36,229 nucleotides of DNA, taken from IMG/VR virus record IMGVR_UViG_3300030376_004563, positions 1 through 36,229 of that record. The stretch is one strand, 5' to 3'. A program made the translations under genes and the position numbers. Below the pieces are notes generated by a model. That model ran no database searches, was not told where the DNA came from, and was given only the letters and a program-made list of their open reading frames with translations. Below, in pieces: positions 29,801 through 35,916 of this stretch (within the stretch, counting starts at the first letter, position 1; the number at the start of each line of letters is the position of its first letter). The DNA comes from a virus. Lineage: Duplodnaviria; Caudoviricetes.

Positions 29801-30068
29801 ACCTGCTGATATTGATATAGATGATAGAGCTATAGATCTTGATGATATACAGACAGTAGATTTAGAGAATGCAGGAGAGCATTCATTAATTGCAAATTGG
29901 TTTGGTACTATTGCAGAGACAAGTAGAATAAATGTTATTACAGATTTAAATATTGCAGATACACTAGAAGCTTTAATTGATAAGTTTAAAGAAATGCAAA
30001 AAGCATTTCCAATATTAACTGAGCAAGGATTTGTAGAGGAATTAAATAAAAAATGTAAAACTAAATAA
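14859..30068 (+). CDS. Giant virion-associated single-chain DNA-dependent RNA polymerase with a zincin metalloprotease domain (crAss-like), 5069 aa
   Basis: GWDFDIDK with D3777/D3779/D3781 (nt 26187-26201), preceded by GIRIPSQ (R3738, nt 26070). Upstream are KR (nt 24519-24524) and TDAQ (D3275, nt 24681). The zincin motif is YHEAGH (H2177-H2181, nt 21387-21401) with a downstream EE (E2253). DFDID is the catalytic motif of the phi14:2 gp66-type crAss-like RNAP. Confidence 0.9.
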   Translation: MAEENNIVESNDYGADPLAGISLPSQNPNPGVPPPPSISPNTASQNLVQSEKFNYSDPYALNWDSVISQIDTEGIGPMVDPLAKMTIDMATELNHMAAIPLSNSYDTYPGYASPNYNPSTSQNVEPDLNTNEGVQQFLRNTQQSVVDSGLDKDPGAGYQAPFIGGIKRFNADRYYTMPIYAELGFNPFVNNEAVYDRKATFGDYFSRWSGEFGSMWGSAFTSSYRTWDDVFSGRALAGDSEGAEAFTDAMRIAGSQSDGGVFTSGFWNDLSLQFAYPLGIISNIVFEDLIIRGATSALSKNPAPVVAGAASIPRKLGKIKQMKNYMHRMATNSMLYRGFNASRNFMKNMKNIDSAKKFFYTGGNALGNLLAPNTLYGIKNLNNAKNTVEGVNSIRKYAPLFGEFYKDLRMINLALSESKLEGGIVEKEMIEEMYREYKLNNNGEEPSAEVYERITERAQQAAHADALINLPIIFLTNKLVLGPASRGFRSMGDNVARALNQTGARVAFRKGAKEVFYDAGTGFRKVWNAGIKGSPRMLGGAALYYIGANIGEGFQELAQEGTAVGVKNYYKGLYDMDMSTGLDLHKTTTIASERYADQLLKDSLTKGFNSQMTKQGWRTFMSGFMMAAPMQVTQSILFEGLPNLYQYTKDKKKYQEYKEKKRDFAKDRAQEASTVYNNMGEYFDKLKLNLLEQKQYDTSMYMASVGGSALDFYDNRDMSWFRHIYTVVSMGKMHHFKDAVKDLLKLSDTELKQAYSKESKGMKASRIREKLTNRLERMQEIETEFKKLNDTHYNPFNPEKYPDGSVAKNNEVGFHEAFEFFKMMKMFVADTYKQAAIRRNQMYEGQMNDPVMSKVDQNDISVLMNKKALVDEINLLSLDTKEEGTTPELKKIQKEKVTKLELLQNYYKIFYDPENQTSTGGFDKRKKGKLKQAYLAYLRHQGKVADGVIATDKVDTSLEAIIDHQWLGHRMGDFYKAIEVLEDPQSLRDHAVRYKDIMMKAYERNKNGVEQLRKVKKHLQLKERQQFLTTLAERGIYPDTEQARLFLEATEDIIPRDYYSDEGGSVNPIDNKGQWEIVENAINTYTSVQETAEETKADEDSVRGEESDTLDDLNIDVDNIDETKREVLAEESKELQNFYKSDTYTQKIVEREYAIYEVAQKLSKQQKQSPEEYEQVGEGNLIAKSRYELYNLYNSKLTAKDRAAKDFDTWLEEEININDQVIDIIEKNGVTEKNKVVWNKQVAPTVRKGIQRLEIDENLGIELIKKTRVEETSGQDMTFYQILRDKNNIAGQINGTLIDPTSQMIVDVKENYSGKNAEANAKMAYRAVKAFVNAELKNLSTFQFDGMTLSFGQIVKDANGANWEILSTSEAIEKYNTLLVVPADKRFDPNMMDFHRKIKPGKFEKDEWTIPSFGNVRSSMVDKAPIRKLRIVEPIQLYPWLGKKVEQGMPLYEEGQQSSINTTEDAIESLQRKLKSLSPVRQQNLKLIVKKNAIITPEKLEVWDDKQGKEENPYLMKGMPKYDVTLVDGSGIPIAKLGGSTSVLLLDSDGQTTINPLIITNEQAKRLFYTTTKKGNKTIPIDNYVTQIRENYAKALLIEETFKTALESSGGQDVVTLNLKDVEDLDIKISEGQLTYNAPEVKESGVKFSDLDYNTVNGENYLIFDYRTTYDDSGRPKKGLSQVIHNFKNTKDRKLWVGKAQEQMKKEGGFNVTSRLGRYIAAVKFKNDVWTFIELKGARKESKEVDKIITDLIDRQQTTVKDNSNKKAKGYDSFNRAFNAEFSDRFFISGEQGDRIFVGLSNDGLIRVALRNEKQRTAFELYIEPEELSKHLKNNPEASAAQAFMGLVNFKFNQIEIKRKGKAESKKESFTPIKFKLTKGSFRNHISDNPKIEDFMDVEAGALPEVRSNVRVDINWKDQDAINNLISEAQRPTKEVVNEDAPAESIDKGLALTQEDYAKIFESEYKDVNKEILRSIAYKVAVGEKLESNEADLYDAFEEDILRIKESEFFNVTTLDAAKKAGISNPLVDKYRQLKADYEARRTEWLRSTKAMLMGEHDDDKETVNRLLYERLNANEELNVLKEEIAKIKKQLNGNNAFKITKDFDGRDVADWDKFSDYVNKNLPDFITIEDISTLRYNAINNGFTLGAFGMGLKKLSNGLDIAGTIYTGKTTGFRYHEAGHAVFRMLLPEEKIKELLSASKTVVRSKMRSKRGYQIDKGVFVKSVDKGLEHMRKQSSLYSEMSEKELTDRLYEEFIMDDFESFKKSPKFYKGPSGFKAFFNKVLEWIMSLFGRYGQADLTRFYEAIDGGKFKGATVQNNRFTNAVQYGVSTIALKSIPLSEQVISVPVEKNGKKTTEDRIVYTYLPSHKAKQATSTIANIYLKRLDNEIKKRGKQKPNEFISDEQFERQRKLLLSIPINKNVILNDAVNAFIEMHDPQRSFYTSEKNGIPYEDIVVGLKERYAAFIEYRDDILAAVNEELELYDSKIDQENDDFYDVLTTEDWDSTAQEKGGWYSLPKNVRVLIGTTNLESTDEFGNIVLDETLPVDKQEVVYVTPDISNVYNGMLKATADLNSEREILQSLYNFSLNNSDTKAVVKKLFGIVGLDYNKDGANLMNPLYTLPRITNGGYFLNIIKSFQQSRLDYLILQKNRNSGNVEIYAANHADDAADQQSKWNNHYNNLIKPDNYLINLQDAQDVLDDVIDYMKKDELVGLKDVSVDVATRLFDFTGIKLHPGYIEYSIVNALIKRTPEQESLIQAYKDIDPITIEGITYLRKSLTDGDNIFLNQQTEVGVDQEDDTQINRVVADSSAGIRYRLSRWARNNAPFDETVGTSTMRDTEGNMIYSHQMQSYNITKINSLNSKDKYFDLFNDEFLENNFLLNDEKTKVLSDNKDFRIVRILGLNEKNMDLNEHGDLVANNSRDDNKGQGKQVKGFTATDIASIMINMYTANVNTKTGEVKEYETADGEVFTTSPVDFRLAGDSNLLDLVNLPIHKTVELNDKDEVVISDFVIETIFDRITDEAVRVHKEIHEGTDDTIVGYNDSPEGRGYHLTQTGKYLIRERQPVVEKELAEELPTQEEALEELAKLEEDIKKSKLLVDEIEEALQEEGVDPIDIIENNYEEIVSQIRETLEMEYAQFYKRLENLNVIPNISRSIKNRLYVNGKPNNKVVDRSMRILNLKENNLEYNLKQIFYNDLLNTKGINDVLLGNQSLSLSNKTKTKRAKGGQGAGKNAATSIVDPSLGIFHEVDKISLLTFDDVKFKNKYSQDPEGDRTDAQMYMTPKSFRYLWYGLGNLQDPKFAELLDQIEKGEEISGEKFFGNKQNGELGYKDFNAILNSKKFMYFDGKTYIKTSGFVLTPQLTSMKDAAGNWRAIDGMEHLHNLRLKLERWEKGQEGLFREEGIPRKRLAIAVPATASKMYKSNVMDPVDMFKDPLVSEFTSDNFIDISAEGMRLQQVNPGGKTEIVDPRQIKMLISSEQNDKVKVWSPKTNEFVSIKKIKDAYRKSTADRVTMKYLGLRSLLFTFDRVQKEIGDSMATGAMTVNLYTFLKYAQEALKSSGSSSQMLDLFDVDEYGDPKYELNNVLTSDKFQQFVLSFFNKQSLGEKQPGHSVATVSDAGVKKLKRVIKVDEVGNPIHWENIRWSQQKEWAKDGKQVKIARKEYDDVENESFIGLKEGDYFLDRLRHNKIKWIKDGDKWIDSGTKTSEILIPAHFREFMQHIKANDQIPEFLAKALGIRIPSQDKHSALNIEFADFMPVFYSSSAMFPQELIEIAGWDFDIDKVYMQIKEWYYNRTNKKFVEYGTRKGEEAYYDYIRYQIRQGEKKGSIMHMAMEQWKNRTGISRTERKLLVSSQEIELAWDEMVSSLQWSYNRGIAINRREEFGENFDERISKIAFANEWGYTYNDITGKFKDQYEPIFLGKEWMTDAEIKSFLDNKFSEIFKGGLEILGMPISETEYVENKKKNKDQEPYVGALNNDILDQKYSLLGNDGITKPQDGREMPLGYEPAVPTPIEDLWSQISNDPKLKSIVDRVTTKGIDVDSMDGKTLVWETTKEANIGGIVLSNIVFNNLQEYGIELLDTWGKENLPMPTFNNKTYNTFADKYIVNPETNKAIETSADRKQFVISGLITVMTDNLNLDGLAGKLGLNKDATGVVASLVGLSVDPIIGTLMVNHPAIREMYKEASNNEKAAVKTLLNDRIGTLNGWVNNLNAQEAQDQKIEKQGEVNIDALVSEVNVTKELLKDQIERGYIEDKEETSKEDILKELAILNQFLIARNIKDTIFRMTGPATLTAGIGQTMLDVKRKQEQSEQLGLELSDTKFKEGWTDSKGIQQPFLIDVRKLYNGKKTIQGAYYRIFKDLTNNIIPELFLTETKSFNDISNILLKNLGNIDNLQGAQIKKDILSYLNGRAYLTALRKRNAIQAGSLSSSLIYDEIQGPRKINTTVEYLRSFADENNYFLNNFIYNKDTNNPNNMSGINQVVSNTWTKLNDDALTKVQNSIWDLYGKPETRDSLLTLIHYLIVKDGLQFKRDTFLHVIPPALFHNVLSSMENVHNMFKNDIVTDEAMRKLFGGTLNDVTNDFITGYLESYKNWYLVPKVYGIDARDMGDTIVIEDTLDIDKMRKNEDTNIYITADYKGSTIEALKETKGITNLFTVPIKISKTKYYTDKYLKNNKKNIDKAISAIKDKVNNRNVVFTKSKEGTIYVGKDLQRIYKTGPETYRYLKEAIEKAFGFNIASGRKIAAKTRGEGLIYVPGVGETKGRLIMDIKGGVVPFNTKDTENKVLRRLMLEPAKANKTKLREKEKANMRQIFSKFNQYAFPYIKTSMPTSKGDKQVVTTNAGYILRHDVEDGFGNVKRIFFKLKKVHTTPNVGNSKYLFDVNNQEALDQVTRAEWEETELLGSTSAFSTNLFGDRPLHSSIREKINAKKEDIEFDDIDTDNIDEDAILDMFTQREKGKKVVSTEATSDGIVDVEYEDVSETAPADIDIDDRAIDLDDIQTVDLENAGEHSLIANWFGTIAETSRINVITDLNIADTLEALIDKFKEMQKAFPILTEQGFVEELNKKCKTK

Positions 30069-30069
30069 C

Positions 30070-30077
30070 TATATTTG
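30070..30077 (+). promoter_or_regulatory. Bacteroidota-type -7 element TAnnTTTG
   Basis: TATATTTG lies in the 12-nt gap between the stop at 30068 and the ATG at 30081. There is no TTTG -33 element at canonical spacing. Confidence 0.35.
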
Positions 30078-30080
30078 TAT

Positions 30081-33000
30081 ATGGGATGTTATAACAGAGA
30101 TACGGCAGAATATAGAACTCTACAAAATGAGTTTAAGAACAATGTACTTATTGATATATTAATTGAGAAGTGGCAAGGAAATAATGATACAGAAAGACTA
30201 CCCACTACAAATGAATTAAAAGATTATCTTGATAAAAGTAAAGTTTCCTTTAGTCTAAAAAGAAAAAACTTTAAAGAAGCTATCCTATCCAATCTTAGTA
30301 GAAAAAAGATTATAAGTAAATATTATGGAAGTTACTATGTAAATACAACCAATAAAGAAACTCAAGTAGGGGATTATAAAATATTAAAAAATAATGTATC
30401 CAAAGCTTTAAGCTGGTTGAACTTTTGGGGTATACCAAGAGAATCAGTGGTTCTTGAAAAAACAACAAACTCATATAGACTTGATATTGCTGAAAATATA
30501 TTTACTCCTTCAGATTTATTAGAGGCATCACAAATTAAAGATGCAACTCATATACCTAAAATCTTAGAACATTTAAATAGAATGTTTCCTCAAGTTGAAT
30601 ATGATGTGGTATCTGTAAAAGAAGCTAAAGATTATTATGATCAACTACCAAGTTGGAGAAAGTCTAATGTTTCTTTTGATCAAGTTAGAAGTTATGTAGT
30701 AGACAATAAAGCAAAAATTATTAAAGGAAGAATTACTGCAGATACTGCTGTTGAAGAAGTATTACACCCTTTTGTTTCTGCAATTAAACAAGAAAATCCA
30801 TCTTTATTTGATGGATTATTAAAAGAAGCAGAAAAAAACTATCCTGAATTAAGACAACAAATAGAAGACTCTTATTCTAATGTTAGAAATTTTGATAATA
30901 ATGACAGAAAAGAAGAGCTTATAACACAAGCACTATCAAGGCACTTTAATAAAGAGTATGAACAACAGCCTACAGTAGGTTGGAAAAATAAAGTTAGAGA
31001 ACTATTAAAATTTTTAATAGATGTTATTAAAGATTTATTTAAGTATTCTTCAGGTAGTACTTTAGATATGAAAGTTGGCATGATTAATAATAGAACTAAT
31101 TTATCTGATATTGCTAAACTATTAAACACCGGAGATTTACAATTTACATTCCAAGCAGAAACTATACAGAAGGCCCCTAAGAAAAAAGTTAATTATTCTT
31201 TATCACCTAGAGCACAAAGAATCTATAACAATGCAATAGGCAAAGCAAACCCTCTTCAAAAAGCAATAATACAAAAGTTATTTCATAAGTCTATTCAGTC
31301 TGAAATGGTTTTTGATGATCCTACAGCTGCACCATTTGTTACTGGTTCAAATGTTCCTCTAATGATTTTAGATAAAAAAACTCATACATATAAAAATGTA
31401 GAAGCTCCAAGTCAAGAATGGCAAAGTGTTACGCAATCTTTTAAAGGTTTCATGCTACAAAAATATGATATCAAACAAGGAAAAACATTACAAGATATAA
31501 TAAAAGATACAGGTTTTACAGAAAAACAAATCATAGAGGTTAACCCAAAAGAATGGGATATAAAGAATCTTTTAAACTCTAAAGATGGAGATGGAGTTAG
31601 ACTAAAGAAAATATTTTTACCTGAAACTAGATATCAATTACAAAGAGATCTTGGAAATGATTTTGATGTATTGATGGAAAATATAATAAATTTAGTTCCT
31701 TTTGAAGATATAGAAGATCAGTTTACAGTTCTAGATAAGCAACAAGCAAAACGAACTTATCAAGATCTTCAAACAAATTTAGCACAAGAAATGCCAGGTG
31801 AAGATGTTATATACTTACCACAAGTAGTTGTAGGAAATCCAGATCCTATGCATAGAATTGCAGGAACTATTGATATTTTAAGAATAGATAAGAATGGTGT
31901 ACTATCTATAGTTGATTTAAAGACAAGTAGTAACAGTGTAAACAATGCAGATAACTATAATAAACCTTGGCCTATTAATCATGGTAGTGTATTATTTGAT
32001 CCTTCTCTTGATTTAGATAAACAAATTACACTATCCACAAGAGGACAGCATGGTATGCAAGTAGGAATGTATGCTAGGATATTAGAAAACATGGGATTCA
32101 AAGTGGATAAAGAATATTCACAAACCTACCATATTAATCTTGAATACATTGGTAAAGAAGGAGGTAAAAAATATATAGACAAATGGATACCGGAAGGTTT
32201 TGTTCTACATCCACCATCACTTAATCAAGATTATGTTAATAAAATACTACCATTAAATATTGATCCTTTAAGTGAAGGTCAATTAAATAAAATAAAAATT
32301 GAAACAGGTGATATTGAAGAAGAGCTTGATGCTGAGATTTTAGGACCAGAAGAAAATATAGAAGGAGAATTAGGTGAAGATTGGAGAATATATTACAATG
32401 GTCTTATAGAATATAAAGGAATAATGCAGAGACAGAAAACTATTTTAGATAGTTATGATGATAGGAAAAAATTAATGAAGAGCAAAAAAGAATATATTGA
32501 TCAGATAGATGATGCAACAACTGCAATTAATATAGCAACAGAAGAAACAGGAGATGTACTACCAGTATACTCTAAACTATTAAGAAACGCACGTGATGAA
32601 GCACAAGAATTTATAGATTATGTTGATGATCCTGATGTTGTTAGAGACAATGACTTTGTTGCACGTGTAATGAACTTTCAAAGATATGCTAGAGGTTGGT
32701 ATAATTTAGCAAACATTGGTAAGGGAGAGGGTTTAAGTTTAGAGCAAATAAAAATGCAAACAGAACTTAAAAGTTTGTTTGATGAAATCATGGGGGTTAG
32801 AGATCCTAATGGTGTTGTGATTAAACAAGGAAAAATAACTGAATCTATTTTTAATTTTGTAGAAGACTTGGTCCACAAAGAAACTATTAATCCAGAATTA
32901 AAAGCTGATAAAGATTTAGTTGCAGACTTAGTAAGACAAGGAGAAGATATGGGGTTCATGGAATGGATGACAGGAGACTTAAGTACAGCAAAAGATCCTA

Positions 33001-35915
33001 TGGCACAAATCATGGTTAAAATATGGAAAAGAAATAGACAAAAAGTTTTAGATGCAATAGAAAAGAGAGGTGTAGAAATAAAGAAGGCAGCACATAGAGT
33101 TACAGTAGAGCAAAAAAAGGCTGGTGAAAAACAAGACTTTGATTGGATGTATAGATTTGATGAAAACGGAGAGTTTTCAGGGAGTGAAGTTGAAAAAATA
33201 GGAGAACAATATCACAGCTTAGAAAGAAAACGTTATGATGACCTTAGTGATGAAGAAGGTAATTGGAAGTTTTATATAAAAACAGGAGAGGACAAGAAAG
33301 AATTAACAGATAGAGATAAGAAAGAAAACATAGATCTATATAATAAAAAACAAAAATGGAAACAGTTTAAGAAAGCTGAACAAGTAATAGATGCAAGAGT
33401 GGTAGATGGAGATTATCATAGATATACTGATGAATTTAAAAAGGTAAGAGCTAAATATGAAGTTCCTAGAATAATAACATTACAAAATGGAGAACAGTTT
33501 GTAACATATGAAAGAAGATCTGATGTTTCTAATTTAGCATATACAAAATATAAAGTTAAATATTTTAATAGTGATGTATATGATAGACCTGTTCTTGATA
33601 ATGGAATTTTCAAAGGTGTAACTATTCAAGAGTCTGGAACATGGCCAAAGAATAAATATGTAGAAGTTAGAGAGACATCTTCAAAAGGTGAAAGCATGTT
33701 AGATAAACAATATGCTGATATAATGGCTACTCCTAAAACTCCATTAGATGCAGCAAAGCAAGATTTCTATAAAGTATATATGAAGCATAAAAATGAGTTG
33801 CTTGAGAAAATACCATCTCACCAAAGAAATAAATTAAATGGAAAATCTTTTGCTATAATGGATAGCTTCTCAGAACATCTTCAAAAAAGTCCTAACATAT
33901 TTACAACTATGTGGGGAGAAACTAAATCAAAAGTTACATCTTGGATTAAACCTGAACAATGGACAAATGTAGAAGCAAGAGTTCAAATGATGGATGATAA
34001 TGGTAGAATGATTGATACACTTCCTATATTTTATACAGGGTCACCAGTATCCGAAAAAGCAATAGGAAGATTAAAAGAAAAAAGAAAAGCTAATAAAGCA
34101 GATTGGGATACTAAAAAAATCACAAAGAAAGAATATAAAGAAAGAAGAGATGAAATCAATCAGCAATTAAAAAAGCTACATGATAGACCAACTAAAAAAC
34201 AAATGAGTAGAGACGCTGCAACAAATCTTCTTATGTTTGCTGGAATGGCAGAAAATTATGAAATAATGAGTAGTATTGAGGATACTATGAGAGCCTTTCA
34301 AGATACTATGAGTAGAAGATCTTATAAAGATAGTGACTATAAAGTTGTGGCAGCTGTACAACAAGGTGTTAAGAGTGGAATAAAATCTACTGTAGGTCTT
34401 AAAGGGAACTCTATGATGGAATCAAGAATTAAGAAATGGATGAAGATGACATTTTATGACAATGATAAGCAAACAAAAAGATGGTATGATCATATATCTA
34501 ATGGTGCTATTGGTTTAAGTTCTTTAACATATGTTGCTTTTGCACCCTTTGGAAACTTTAATAATTATATGGTTGGTAGATTAAGTAATTGGATTGAAAC
34601 AGCAGGTGCCAGTTTCTTCTGTAGAGAATGCTATTTAAGAGCAACTAAAGAGTTAAATATTAAAGCACTTCCAGGTGTTGTTATGGGATTAGGTGCAACA
34701 GATACAGTAGGGAAAGTTACAGGAATGAAGAAAACTAAATATCAACAAGTAAATAAGTATAGTAAGTATGAAGCTTTAGTTGATTATTTTAGAATGATGG
34801 ATGATAAGGCGGATATACGTGAAGCAACTACAGCTACTAAAGGTTCTGGAAGAAAAGGATTAAGAGAAAGATTAAGTTGGGGGTATGCAATGCAGGATGC
34901 AGCAGAGTGGAATGTTCAAACTAAAATTGGAGTAGCTATTCTAATGTCACATAAATTAGAAAATAGTAAAACAGGTGATCAATTAAGTTTATATGATGCA
35001 ATGACTTATGATAGATCAACAGGGGAACTCACCATAAAAGACGGGTTTGATACACTGGTTGAATACCATACGGGTAATAAAAGAAAATGGAATGAAGATG
35101 CACGATATGATGTAAGAAATTATATTAGAGAAGTGAATAAACAAATACATGGTAACTATGCATATGAAGATAGAATGGCAATGCAGTCTCATGCTCTTGG
35201 TCAATTACTTGCTCAGTTTCACAAATGGATAGCACCTGTATTTAAAAGAAGATTTAGAGGATCATACTATGATGAAAATGTAGGTTGGATTGAAGGTAGA
35301 TATAGAACTATGTGGAGCTTTATGGCTCATGCAGGAGAGGTTGCTATGGGGATAAATAAACAACCTGGTACCATGAAGAAAAAAATATGGGATTTCTGGA
35401 GAGAAGATACAGGATCAGATGATCCTATGAACAAAGCAAGAATAAGAAAACAAAACATGATAGGTAATGTTATGGATGTAGCTCTTGTTTTATTATCATT
35501 ACAAATGGCAACTTTACTTGATTCTCTTTGGGATGATGATGAAGATAAAACAGCAATGAGAAAAAGATTAGAAAATGCCTTTATATATCAACTAAGAAGA
35601 CAGGCTTCTGAATTTGCTTTTTGGTATCCTGTTGTTGGTATGGGTGAATTCTTTAAAATGACAAAGAGTCCAGTAGCTTCTACTAGATATATGTCAGAAC
35701 TTTGGGAAGCTATAGCATTAACTGTTCATGCTCCATTTATTATGATGGGAAAAACTAGAGAAGAAGAATTAGCAGATAAAAGATTATACTATCAAGTAGG
35801 TGCAAAAAAGGGACAAAGTAAATTATTTAAACAATGGGGTGACGTGATGCCTATATTAAAATCAATAAATAGATATATATCACACGACACAGTTAAAGAC
35901 TTCTATGTAAAATAA
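30081..35915 (+). CDS. Large polyvalent virion protein: degenerate zincin, PD-(D/E)xK nuclease with LysM-like insert, helical ejection-protein-like C-terminus
   Basis: TAVEEVLHPF (nt 30753-30767) with a downstream EEL; SVT...GTIDIL (nt 31872)...VDLKTS (31914-31922)...QVGMY (32058-32072); YDIKQGKTLQDII...IIEVNP...IFLP (31458-31622); HGNY...R...LGQLLAQFHKW near the C-terminus. I prefer the ATG at 30081 over the track's TTG at 30075. Confidence 0.82.
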   Translation: MGCYNRDTAEYRTLQNEFKNNVLIDILIEKWQGNNDTERLPTTNELKDYLDKSKVSFSLKRKNFKEAILSNLSRKKIISKYYGSYYVNTTNKETQVGDYKILKNNVSKALSWLNFWGIPRESVVLEKTTNSYRLDIAENIFTPSDLLEASQIKDATHIPKILEHLNRMFPQVEYDVVSVKEAKDYYDQLPSWRKSNVSFDQVRSYVVDNKAKIIKGRITADTAVEEVLHPFVSAIKQENPSLFDGLLKEAEKNYPELRQQIEDSYSNVRNFDNNDRKEELITQALSRHFNKEYEQQPTVGWKNKVRELLKFLIDVIKDLFKYSSGSTLDMKVGMINNRTNLSDIAKLLNTGDLQFTFQAETIQKAPKKKVNYSLSPRAQRIYNNAIGKANPLQKAIIQKLFHKSIQSEMVFDDPTAAPFVTGSNVPLMILDKKTHTYKNVEAPSQEWQSVTQSFKGFMLQKYDIKQGKTLQDIIKDTGFTEKQIIEVNPKEWDIKNLLNSKDGDGVRLKKIFLPETRYQLQRDLGNDFDVLMENIINLVPFEDIEDQFTVLDKQQAKRTYQDLQTNLAQEMPGEDVIYLPQVVVGNPDPMHRIAGTIDILRIDKNGVLSIVDLKTSSNSVNNADNYNKPWPINHGSVLFDPSLDLDKQITLSTRGQHGMQVGMYARILENMGFKVDKEYSQTYHINLEYIGKEGGKKYIDKWIPEGFVLHPPSLNQDYVNKILPLNIDPLSEGQLNKIKIETGDIEEELDAEILGPEENIEGELGEDWRIYYNGLIEYKGIMQRQKTILDSYDDRKKLMKSKKEYIDQIDDATTAINIATEETGDVLPVYSKLLRNARDEAQEFIDYVDDPDVVRDNDFVARVMNFQRYARGWYNLANIGKGEGLSLEQIKMQTELKSLFDEIMGVRDPNGVVIKQGKITESIFNFVEDLVHKETINPELKADKDLVADLVRQGEDMGFMEWMTGDLSTAKDPMAQIMVKIWKRNRQKVLDAIEKRGVEIKKAAHRVTVEQKKAGEKQDFDWMYRFDENGEFSGSEVEKIGEQYHSLERKRYDDLSDEEGNWKFYIKTGEDKKELTDRDKKENIDLYNKKQKWKQFKKAEQVIDARVVDGDYHRYTDEFKKVRAKYEVPRIITLQNGEQFVTYERRSDVSNLAYTKYKVKYFNSDVYDRPVLDNGIFKGVTIQESGTWPKNKYVEVRETSSKGESMLDKQYADIMATPKTPLDAAKQDFYKVYMKHKNELLEKIPSHQRNKLNGKSFAIMDSFSEHLQKSPNIFTTMWGETKSKVTSWIKPEQWTNVEARVQMMDDNGRMIDTLPIFYTGSPVSEKAIGRLKEKRKANKADWDTKKITKKEYKERRDEINQQLKKLHDRPTKKQMSRDAATNLLMFAGMAENYEIMSSIEDTMRAFQDTMSRRSYKDSDYKVVAAVQQGVKSGIKSTVGLKGNSMMESRIKKWMKMTFYDNDKQTKRWYDHISNGAIGLSSLTYVAFAPFGNFNNYMVGRLSNWIETAGASFFCRECYLRATKELNIKALPGVVMGLGATDTVGKVTGMKKTKYQQVNKYSKYEALVDYFRMMDDKADIREATTATKGSGRKGLRERLSWGYAMQDAAEWNVQTKIGVAILMSHKLENSKTGDQLSLYDAMTYDRSTGELTIKDGFDTLVEYHTGNKRKWNEDARYDVRNYIREVNKQIHGNYAYEDRMAMQSHALGQLLAQFHKWIAPVFKRRFRGSYYDENVGWIEGRYRTMWSFMAHAGEVAMGINKQPGTMKKKIWDFWREDTGSDDPMNKARIRKQNMIGNVMDVALVLLSLQMATLLDSLWDDDEDKTAMRKRLENAFIYQLRRQASEFAFWYPVVGMGEFFKMTKSPVASTRYMSELWEAIALTVHAPFIMMGKTREEELADKRLYYQVGAKKGQSKLFKQWGDVMPILKSINRYISHDTVKDFYVK

Positions 35916-35916
35916 T

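Noticed and set aside
14859-30068. Intein or intron as the cause of the RNAP gene's size
   Set aside because: I saw no intein-like C/S...HN junctions, no LAGLIDADG/HNH motifs and no frame breaks. A divergent element cannot be fully excluded without a profile search.
1607-35204. Short alternative-frame and minus-strand ORFs in the track (61-111 aa) nested within the long + strand genes
   Set aside because: They are fully overlapped by well-supported genes, have the Ser/Leu/Ile/Phe-rich composition of antisense or frameshifted shadows, and show no motifs.
3653-35915. Stop-codon reassignment as seen in some crAss-like phages
   Set aside because: The giant ORFs are uninterrupted under the standard bacterial code and end in TAA, so nothing here requires recoding. 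Recoding elsewhere in the genome cannot be excluded.
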